From assembly GCA_034717975.1 (NCBI GenBank), contig JAYEMF010000120.1, positions 1-32,987 of the forward strand: 32,987 nt of DNA, in the 5' to 3' direction. This document shows positions 1 to 6,959 of this stretch, one piece after another. The notes beneath the pieces were generated by a model. It was not told where the DNA came from, searched no databases, and was given only the letters and a program-made list of their open reading frames with translations. The DNA comes from Campylobacterota bacterium. Its GTDB lineage: Bacteria > Campylobacterota > Campylobacteria > Campylobacterales > Sulfurimonadaceae. Position 1 is the first letter of the stretch; each line of letters begins with the position of its first letter. The translations under genes were made by a program, and so were the position numbers.

Positions 1-773
1 TCCCAATATGTATGTTGCAGAGCTATATTCCCCCAATCATCCTTGTATCCAATAGCAAGAAGTGCAGAGGTGTTGTCAAAGTTCGTATATGGCAGTTCAC
101 CTGAAAAACGTGGTTTATCTCCAGCCGGATCCCCAGGCTCCCAAGTATCAGCATCTGGCGTTTTAAAATTATCTGCTTTTCTTTTTACAACTGCTGCGTT
201 TACACCAAGACTTCCCTGTGCCGCTTTGACCTTTACGCCGCCCATCTTTTCACTGTTATTCGTATGGTATTCACCTACTACTTCTCCCTCTACTCTGCTC
301 TCTCCCTCTTTTGCGTAGACAAATTCAGGGGAGAGAACATTTACAATTCCTCCAAGTGCATCTGAACCATAAAGCACTCCTTGTGCTCCACGAACCACCT
401 CGATTCTATCAGCGATAAAAGGGTCTGTATTGAGTATATGACGTATTCCATATGTTTGTGAGTCTGTAGCGACACCATTTGAGAGAACTTTTACACGTTC
501 ACCACTCATACCACGTACAACAGGTTTTCCCGCTTGTGGTCCTGTTTCGATATTATTGACACCTGAAAACTCTTCAAGAACTGCACCAAGTGATGCAGTC
601 GCCTTAAGAGTTTTGTCGTTTTTTTCAAGAATATCAACTTGATTTGGGCTCTCAAATACATCATATTGATTAATAGGAGAAGCCGAGATGCTGATTGCAT
701 CTACCTGATAGTGTGTTGTATCATTAGCCACTAGCATTGTTGCAGCCAGTGAAGATAGTAATAGTTTTTGCAT
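1..773 (-). CDS. TonB-dependent outer-membrane receptor, 5' part (signal peptide, plug, start of barrel); runs off the window
   Basis: Translated by hand; absent from the track. ATG at 773 with AGGA upstream, frame open to position 1. MQKLLLSSLAATMLVA...GPQAGKPVVRGMSGERVKVLSNG...DRIEVVRGAQGVLYGSDALGGIVNV is a classic TBDR plug motif. Confidence 0.93.
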   Translation of the reverse strand, partial: MQKLLLSSLAATMLVANDTTHYQVDAISISASPINQYDVFESPNQVDILEKNDKTLKATASLGAVLEEFSGVNNIETGPQAGKPVVRGMSGERVKVLSNGVATDSQTYGIRHILNTDPFIADRIEVVRGAQGVLYGSDALGGIVNVLSPEFVYAKEGESRVEGEVVGEYHTNNSEKMGGVKVKAAQGSLGVNAAVVKRKADNFKTPDADTWEPGDPAGDKPRFSGELPYTNFDNTSALLAIGYKDDWGNIALQHTYW

Positions 774-833
774 TAATATATCCTAGTTTTTTGTAATTTT
801 ATAGTGAGCTTAAATAATTAAAAAAGAGTAGGT

Positions 834-1115
834 TTATGGTGGTGAGCGGTTCTTAAGAGATATATGTACTAAGTGATACAGAGTATTAGAAGATGCATCA
901 AAAGCTTCAAAGTGGCTCTCTGTAAATGTGAGTGACAATATCTCACTCAATACCCCTGGAATATGTGCTACAAGACATACTTCACATGTATCATCATGGC
1001 AGTGCTCATGACTCAACTCATGTGCTACCCCCAAAAATATAGAAAGGATAAACAGTAATGTAAAGAATTTTCTTACTACATATACTCTTTTTTTCTGTTG
1101 CACTTTTCTATACAC
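834..1115 (-). CDS. DUF2946/CruR-like His-rich CxxC leader protein with C-terminal RSPP (putative regulatory uORF)
   Basis: Basic N-terminus, hydrophobic helix, then HELSHEHCHDDTCEVC, ending KNRSPP-stop. Lies 60 nt upstream of the TBDR on the same strand. The start could be GTG 1115 or GTG 1103. Confidence 0.75.
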   Translation of the reverse strand: MYRKVQQKKRVYVVRKFFTLLFILSIFLGVAHELSHEHCHDDTCEVCLVAHIPGVLSEILSLTFTESHFEAFDASSNTLYHLVHISLKNRSPP

Positions 1116-1154
1116 CTATAATCTATTCAAATAGTTTTTATAATAAATAAAAGA

Positions 1155-1169
1155 ATTTTATCAACTTAA
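1155..1169 (-). promoter_or_regulatory. Putative sigma70 extended -10 promoter for uORF-TBDR
   Basis: Minus strand TTAAGTTGATAAAAT (TGnTAAAAT with TTAAG upstream), the typical Campylobacterota form. Confidence 0.55.
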
Positions 1170-1211
1170 CTCTTTAAAAAATCTTATATAAACGCAATAC
1201 AATAATCAGAT

Positions 1212-1229
1212 CAAAGGGGTCAGGTGACC
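1212..1229 (+). repeat. GGGGTCAG-containing motif/palindrome upstream of the RAYT gene
   Basis: CAAAGGGGTCAGGTGACC contains the palindrome GGTCA-GG-TGACC. 1212-1224 is a perfect inverted repeat of 2219-2231. Confidence 0.45.
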
Positions 1230-1240
1230 AATATTAATTC

Positions 1241-1249
1241 TGATATAAT
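1241..1249 (+). promoter_or_regulatory. Extended -10 promoter for the RAYT gene
   Basis: TGATATAAT about 30 nt before ATG 1279. Confidence 0.55.
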
Positions 1250-1278
1250 TCTAGGTAGTTTAAGCAGAGGGACAGAAG

Positions 1279-2052
1279 ATGGCCAGATCGCCACGTATCG
1301 ACCTTGCCGGTTATCATCATGTTGTCAATCGTGGTGTAGAAAAACGTAAAATCTACATAGATAGGGAAGATTATGAAACGTTTCTTGAGCTGTTGTGTAG
1401 CGTATCGTTTCAGTTTGATGTGACATTGCATAGTTATTGCTTAATGAGCAATCATTACCATCTATTGATAGAAACGCATCAGGAAAACCTTTCTAAAGCG
1501 ATGCGTGCTGTTAATGCCGGGTATGCCGCTTATTTTAATCGAAAATATAAACGGGTGGGCCATCTCTGGCAAGGAAGGTTCAAATCATGGTTTGTCACAG
1601 ATGAAGCCTACCTTTATACACTCATCAAATATATAGAGTTTAATCCGGTTAAGGCCAAAATCGTTAAAAATCTTGATGATTATGCTTACAGTTCTTATGC
1701 TGCATTCTCAGAAACCACTGAACCCATAGCCTGTTTGCATGACTCCATTATGTTTACACAGTTTTCAATGCTCAAAGACAGAGTCGGGTTTTTTGAGAAC
1801 TGGTATGATGAAGATGTTTTGAAAGAGATCAGGAAATCGTCAAGACTGGTAGTCAGCTCTGTGAAAACTCAAAAACTTTCTCTCAAACCATTGCGTACGT
1901 TATTTAAAGATTATGTCGACAAAAACGAAAGAAACAGGAAGATTGTAAAGGCAGTTGAGCTTGGCTACTCTCAACATATGATTGCAAACGTGCTTGGTAT
2001 GACACAGGGGAGTGTTAGCCATGTTATGAAAAAGCATAAACGAACAGAGTGA
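1279..2052 (+). CDS. REP-associated tyrosine transposase (RAYT / Y1_Tnp HUH nuclease) with C-terminal HTH
   Basis: MARSPR..YHHVVNRG, YCLMSNHYHLL (HUH), GHLWQGRFKS, YIEFNPV (catalytic Tyr), YSSY; C-terminal HTH GYSQHMIANVLGMTQGSVSH. Confidence 0.88.
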   Translation: MARSPRIDLAGYHHVVNRGVEKRKIYIDREDYETFLELLCSVSFQFDVTLHSYCLMSNHYHLLIETHQENLSKAMRAVNAGYAAYFNRKYKRVGHLWQGRFKSWFVTDEAYLYTLIKYIEFNPVKAKIVKNLDDYAYSSYAAFSETTEPIACLHDSIMFTQFSMLKDRVGFFENWYDEDVLKEIRKSSRLVVSSVKTQKLSLKPLRTLFKDYVDKNERNRKIVKAVELGYSQHMIANVLGMTQGSVSHVMKKHKRTE

Positions 2053-2128
2053 AATTTGCTTATGTGATCCTGGTTTCTCTTTAGGGCACCTTTGGTGCTA
2101 TCTGGCAATTGCCGTACGACTATGGTTT

Positions 2129-2347
2129 TTATCGGTTAAGTTTGTACCCTTCTCCTTTTTTCTCTTCCATAACCGTAAGGGAATGAAGCAAAGCTTCACG
2201 TTTCGTATCAAAATACTCCCTGACCCCTTTGCGTATACAGGTACGCTTGCCGCACTGATAGATCAGGAAAAAGTCATCAAACAGTGTTGGGTAGATGGTG
2301 ATGGAGTAGTAGTCGGTTCGTTGATTCCGTTCTCGGATGAGGGTCAT
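2129..2347 (-). CDS. Small WGR-domain-like protein (degenerate motif)
   Basis: YYSITIYPTLFDDFFLIYQCGK...EALL...KKGEGY follows the WGR pattern with WGR replaced by CGK. ATG 2347 preferred over TTG 2383. Confidence 0.6.
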   Translation of the reverse strand: MTLIRERNQRTDYYSITIYPTLFDDFFLIYQCGKRTCIRKGVREYFDTKREALLHSLTVMEEKKGEGYKLNR

Positions 2348-2408
2348 GCTCACTCTTTTATCTTGATGACAATTTTCCAGCAAGAACTATTCCGCTAAAA
2401 TAATCGTT

Positions 2409-3077
2409 ATGAAAAAGGCAAAACTGCTTCTTCTTGAAGATGATATCAACCTTAGTGAAACCGTTGAAGAGTACCTTGCCGATGAAGGATATGATGTCGT
2501 TTGTGCTTACGATGGTGAGTCGGCAGAGGAGAAGATCTACGAAGAGTCTTTCGACCTGTTGCTGCTTGATGTCAACGTACCCGGACCGAATGGATTTACC
2601 CTGCTCAAAGAGGCAAGAGAGCAGAAGGTCGAGATACCCGCTATTTTTATCACCTCGCGTAATGCCATGAAAGATGTAGAAGCCGGTTTTGAGAGCGGGG
2701 CGGATGATTATATCCGTAAACCCTATGAGCTAAAAGAGCTCTTGCTTCGCATACAGACTATTTTACGCCGCAATTTTTTCCATCATCCCAATGAACAGCT
2801 GGAGATCGCCGAGGAGATGAGTTATGATGTCGATAACGGTGAATTGACGATAAGCGGAAAATGTATCAGACTGCAGGATAAAGAGGCCAGGCTGCTGAAA
2901 CTTTTTTTACAGCGCAGGGGTGAACTGATCACTCATGAAATGATCACGGCGTACCTATGGAGTTTTGATGAGACACCAAGCGACTCGGCGCTGCGGACCT
3001 ACATTAAAAACCTTAGAAAACTGATAGGAAAGGATCGCATTGTCAGTCATAAACGACTCGGGTATCAGTTTAGCTGA
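2409..3077 (+). CDS. OmpR-family response regulator (DccR/CrdR-like)
   Basis: LLLLEDD, LLLLDVNVP (phospho-Asp), GADDYIRKP, winged helix LRTYIKNLRK...LGYQF. Confidence 0.93.
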   Translation: MKKAKLLLLEDDINLSETVEEYLADEGYDVVCAYDGESAEEKIYEESFDLLLLDVNVPGPNGFTLLKEAREQKVEIPAIFITSRNAMKDVEAGFESGADDYIRKPYELKELLLRIQTILRRNFFHHPNEQLEIAEEMSYDVDNGELTISGKCIRLQDKEARLLKLFLQRRGELITHEMITAYLWSFDETPSDSALRTYIKNLRKLIGKDRIVSHKRLGYQFS

Positions 3078-4224
3078 AAACCGTACATTCAGGGCCTTTA
3101 TTTTACTTTACATCCTGATGTCTGTCCTGATCTTACTGCTGCTTGGAAGTATCTATTATCTATATAAAAAAGAGCAGATGCTCTCAAATCACCGTCTTGC
3201 GATGCAGCTGCAGGGGGAGACATACATTCCGCGGCTCAAACGTTGGATGCAGGGGGATGATGTTGCATTTCCCATTGACCTTGCCTATCGGACAGCACTC
3301 TATGATGAGCATTACGACGTGATTCATTCAACGTTGAGTGAATCAAAAATCAGCTGGAAAGCGTCGATCGCACGGGATGGCAATGTCATTCATTTTGTCG
3401 TGCCCCTGGCATCGTATGAGCTTGGCACCCATTTTCTTGTTTTTGAGACAACGGATGATCGGCTCTGGCTGAAAGAGACATGGATGGTAGCGGGTGGTTT
3501 CGGCATGTTATTGATGGGGTTGCTGCTGATTGTCGGTTGGATGCTCGCCAGACTCTTCTTACGTCCGATGAAAGAGGCAATCACCCTTTTGGATAATTTT
3601 ATCAAAGATACGACGCATGAGCTCAATACGCCGGTCTCAGCCATTTTAAACAATGTGGAACTGCTTGACTCCAGAAATCTGGATGATAAAAGTGCTAAAA
3701 AAATTGGGCGTATCGCGATTGCAGCACGTACGATCTCGACCATCTATGATGATCTGACCTATCTTGTCCTTAACCATGCAGTAGTCATACGCAATGAGGC
3801 CATTGATATGTCACAGTTGGTGCTGGAACGCCTTGATTATTTTGAGACGCGCTATGTGCAGAAAAAATTGAGGGTTGAGACTCAGCTCACAGCAGACTCT
3901 GAAGTGGTAATGGATCGGACCAAAGCGACACGCCTTATTGATAACCTGCTCTCCAATGCGATCAAATACAATAAAATCGGTGGTACGATTGATGTGGTTT
4001 TGACACAGGAGTATCTGCAGATCGTCGATACGGGCAGAGGGATTCCGAAAGAGAAACTTGATCAGGTGTTTGAACGTTATCATCGTGCGGATGAGAGTGT
4101 CGGTGGTTTTGGAATCGGGTTGAACATTGTGGCGATGATTGCCAAAGAGTATGATATCCGTATTGAGGTTGATTCAAAAGAGGATGAGGGGACGGCGATC
4201 ACCTTGAAGTGGCCGTCCCAATAG
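3040..4224 (+). CDS. Sensor histidine kinase (DccS/CrdS-like)
   Basis: Two TM helices, H-box FIKDTTHELNTP, N-box NLLSNAIKY, G boxes DTGRGI and GFGIGL. Overlaps the end of the response regulator; start uncertain. Confidence 0.92.
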   Translation: MSVINDSGISLAENRTFRAFILLYILMSVLILLLLGSIYYLYKKEQMLSNHRLAMQLQGETYIPRLKRWMQGDDVAFPIDLAYRTALYDEHYDVIHSTLSESKISWKASIARDGNVIHFVVPLASYELGTHFLVFETTDDRLWLKETWMVAGGFGMLLMGLLLIVGWMLARLFLRPMKEAITLLDNFIKDTTHELNTPVSAILNNVELLDSRNLDDKSAKKIGRIAIAARTISTIYDDLTYLVLNHAVVIRNEAIDMSQLVLERLDYFETRYVQKKLRVETQLTADSEVVMDRTKATRLIDNLLSNAIKYNKIGGTIDVVLTQEYLQIVDTGRGIPKEKLDQVFERYHRADESVGGFGIGLNIVAMIAKEYDIRIEVDSKEDEGTAITLKWPSQ

Positions 4225-4229
4225 CGGTT

Positions 4230-4523
4230 TTATTTAAGACCGGCGATATAAGCAGATACTGCTTCGATGTCAGCGTCAGAGTAAGAGGCCATCTGACCTT
4301 TCATCAAGGCACCCATGCCTTTTTTGTTGGTAGTACCGGCTTTGTAACCTTTAAGGTCAGCAGCGATAGCAGCTGCATCAACACCACCGATAACGGCAGA
4401 TTTGCCAAGTGCAGGCTTTTCACCCTGTGCGCCATGACAAGCCGCACATTTTTTATATAAAGCAGCGCCGTCAGCTGCACCTAAGATTGCCGTGATTCCC
4501 AAGATCATTAGTAAAGTTTTCAT
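4230..4523 (-). CDS. Monoheme cytochrome c553
   Basis: True start ATG 4523 with AGGA. Signal peptide MKTLLMILGITAILGA, CAACH, distal Met in GMGALMKGQ. Confidence 0.92.
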   Translation of the reverse strand: MKTLLMILGITAILGAADGAALYKKCAACHGAQGEKPALGKSAVIGGVDAAAIAADLKGYKAGTTNKKGMGALMKGQMASYSDADIEAVSAYIAGLK

Positions 4524-4563
4524 TGTCTGTCCTTTTATTTTCAATTGTTTTGACTGGTGTGTT

Positions 4564-4896
4564 TTAGCACGATGGTACGTTGCCGCTGTCACTTCCGTAT
4601 TGATGGAAGAAGTCATACAGGTGAGGCAGATACTTCTCTTTGACCCCTTTGACCTTTGGGCACTGTTTTTGAATCTCTTCCAAAAGTCTACCTTCGTCAC
4701 GGATCTCTTCCCACTCATCTTGGGTATGTGTACCAGCCATTTTGGCACCGGAAACTCCACACGCTTTTTTCAACTTTTTACTATATAGCTTCTGTCCTTT
4801 ACCTGCATCGGCATAAGCGAAACTGGATGTAAGTACCGAAGCAACTACTATTGTTGCGACCATTTTTATTAGATTGGATGTTTCTCGTTTCATCAT
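4564..4896 (-). CDS. Periplasmic cytochrome-c-like protein lacking CxxCH (three Cys, C-terminal DSGNVPSC)
   Basis: AGGAGG RBS, signal peptide ending AYA, cytochrome-like N-helix DAGKGQKLY, HTQDEW; no CxxCH. Confidence 0.75.
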   Translation of the reverse strand: MMKRETSNLIKMVATIVVASVLTSSFAYADAGKGQKLYSKKLKKACGVSGAKMAGTHTQDEWEEIRDEGRLLEEIQKQCPKVKGVKEKYLPHLYDFFHQYGSDSGNVPSC

Positions 4897-4921
4897 AACC
4901 TCCTGAAGTTTTGATATTCAC

Positions 4922-4953
4922 ATGGTAGGAAGTAATTGTGTAGTGATTGTGAA
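4922..4953 (-). promoter_or_regulatory. Promoter with DccR-box-like direct repeats
   Basis: Minus strand TTCAC-N6-TACAC-N6-TTCCT (11-bp period) abutting a -10-like TACCAT, 25 nt before ATG 4896. Confidence 0.55.
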
Positions 4954-5024
4954 GTATCATAAATTAGGGGTTCTTCTGTTTGGAAAGTGGAAACTCGATA
5001 AATTTGTTCTCAGTTTTAGCACTT

Positions 5025-5047
5025 TTAAGCTTTGCAAAGGGTATAAT
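5025..5047 (+). promoter_or_regulatory. pckA sigma70 promoter
   Basis: TTTAAG-like element upstream and a perfect TATAAT at 5042-5047. Confidence 0.55.
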
Positions 5048-5130
5048 TTTTATATGCAAAAAGCAGAGGTTCTGTAAGCTACCTGACAGAGGTTAAAGCA
5101 GAACAAATTTGAAGAAAGAAGTGAAATATT

Positions 5131-6714
5131 ATGAATCAAGTAGATTTTGCAGATCTTGGTATCGAAAACGTTGGTGCGCTCTATCACAATCTAAGTTATG
5201 ATGAACTGATTGATCATGAATTGAAAAATGGTGAGTGTAAACTGGCCAGCAATGGTGCGACAGCTGTCGATACCGGTATCTTTACGGGTAGAAGCCCGAA
5301 AGATAAATATTTTGTGAACCAGGGTCCTTCAAATAACTATATTGCCTGGGGTGATATCAATCAGAAGATCGATAAAGCTCTCTTTGATGAACTGCTGGAT
5401 GTTGCACGCAAGCAGCTTTCAGACAGTGATCTATATGTAACCGATCTTTTCTGCGGTGCCAGTGAAGCAAGTAAACGTTCGGTACGTTTTGTTTCTCAGA
5501 TCGCATGGCAGTCTCACTTTGTCAAAAATATGTTTATTCGTCCGACATCAACGGAGCTTCAAACATTTAAACCTGAGTTTACAGTCTTGAACGCATGTAA
5601 GGCAGTGAACGATAAGTGGAAAGAACACGGACTTAACTCAGAAGTGTTTGTCCTCTTTAATGTAGAAGAGAATATCGCGATCATTGGCGGTACCTGGTAT
5701 GGTGGAGAGATGAAAAAAGGTATCTTCTCCATGATGAACTACTGGTTGCCGTTGGAAAACAAACTCGCTATGCACTGTTCGGCCAATGTCGGATGTGATG
5801 GTGATACTGCACTTTTCTTTGGTCTGAGCGGAACAGGTAAGACGACACTCTCTACAGATCCTAATCGCCGTTTGATTGGTGATGATGAGCATGGTTGGGA
5901 TGATGAGGGTGTCTTTAACTTTGAGGGCGGTTGTTACGCCAAAGTCATCAACCTCGATCCAAAAAGCGAACCAGAGATCTATGGTGCGATCAAGCGTAAT
6001 GCTCTTTTGGAAAATGTTGTGATGGATCAAGACGGCAATATTGATTACGAAGATGGAGGTAAGACAGAAAATACACGTGTCTCCTACCCGATTGAGCATA
6101 TTGTCAATCATGAGCCATCCCTTCATGCAGGACACCCAAAAAACATCATCTTCCTCTCAGCAGATGCCTTTGGTGTTTTGCCTCCGGTCAGTAAACTTAC
6201 TAGAGAGCAGGCAATGTATTATTTTTTAAGTGGTTACACGGCCAAAGTTGCGGGTACAGAGCGCGGAGTCACTGAACCGGTCGCGACATTCAGTGCATGC
6301 TTCGGAGAGGCATTTTTGCCACTGCATCCGACAGTCTATGCCAAACTGCTTGGAGAGAAGATCGATGAGTATGGCGTAAATGTTTATTTGGTAAACACTG
6401 GTTGGACTGGTGGTGCTTACGGGGTCGGTAAACGTATGAGCATTAAAGATACCCGTGCCTGCATCAATGCGATTCTTGATGGTTCGATCAATGAGAGTGA
6501 GTTTAGAACGACAAAAACATTTCATTTGAGTGTTCCAAATACGTTGGGAGATCTTGATCCTCATGTACTCTTCCCGCGCGAAGCCTGGGACGACAAAGAA
6601 GCGTTCGATGAAGCACGCGATAAACTGGGACAGATGTTTATTGACAACTTCAAAAAGTATCAGACGGAAGAGAACGAATTCGACTACTCTGAAGCTGGTC
6701 CGAAACTTCCATAA
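5131..6714 (+). CDS. pckA: Phosphoenolpyruvate carboxykinase (ATP)
   Basis: [48 protein letters not shown]. Confidence 0.98.
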   Translation: MNQVDFADLGIENVGALYHNLSYDELIDHELKNGECKLASNGATAVDTGIFTGRSPKDKYFVNQGPSNNYIAWGDINQKIDKALFDELLDVARKQLSDSDLYVTDLFCGASEASKRSVRFVSQIAWQSHFVKNMFIRPTSTELQTFKPEFTVLNACKAVNDKWKEHGLNSEVFVLFNVEENIAIIGGTWYGGEMKKGIFSMMNYWLPLENKLAMHCSANVGCDGDTALFFGLSGTGKTTLSTDPNRRLIGDDEHGWDDEGVFNFEGGCYAKVINLDPKSEPEIYGAIKRNALLENVVMDQDGNIDYEDGGKTENTRVSYPIEHIVNHEPSLHAGHPKNIIFLSADAFGVLPPVSKLTREQAMYYFLSGYTAKVAGTERGVTEPVATFSACFGEAFLPLHPTVYAKLLGEKIDEYGVNVYLVNTGWTGGAYGVGKRMSIKDTRACINAILDGSINESEFRTTKTFHLSVPNTLGDLDPHVLFPREAWDDKEAFDEARDKLGQMFIDNFKKYQTEENEFDYSEAGPKLP

Positions 6715-6738
6715 TAAGCTAGATTATTCACTTTTAAA

Positions 6739-6765
6739 ATCCTGTCGACTTTTTGTCGGCAGGAT
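6739..6765 (+). terminator. Hairpin downstream of pckA (possible terminator)
   Basis: ATCCTGTCGAC-TTTTT-GTCGGCAGGAT stem; weak U-tract. Confidence 0.55.
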
Positions 6766-6959
6766 ATCTTCCATAAAAAAATATCACTGCTTCTTCTACA
6801 ATCTGATTGTTCACTCACTTACAGATAGATAATGATGTAAGGCCGCGGTCAGAAGTTCAGAAAAATAAAATATAAGAAAAATAGGGCAAGTCACTGGAGG
6901 CTACAGTTTGAGGATGAACAGCACCCATCCCGAACTTGTGTTGTAAAAGAGAGGAGGGG

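Noticed and set aside
43..700. Track ORFs 43..318 (+) and 506..700 (-)
   Set aside because: Antisense or out-of-frame shadows of the TBDR
1279..2052. IS200/IS605 insertion sequence
   Set aside because: No tnpB; the protein is longer than IS200 TnpA, has RAYT-type motifs and an HTH, and no clear IS end hairpins were found
4641..4652. Third copy of TCAAAGGGGTCA (inverted relative to 1211-1222) as an element end
   Set aside because: Lies inside an intact gene and is explained by Val-Lys-Gly-Val codons
4524..4760. N-terminal 79 aa of the 176-aa track ORF 4230..4760
   Set aside because: Overlaps the upstream gene in another frame; the real c553 starts at 4523 with an RBS and signal peptide
5638..6564. 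Long antisense ORFs within pckA (and similar ones in the aminotransferase, DUF507 and addAB genes)
   Set aside because: No recognisable motifs; typical antisense open frames caused by codon bias
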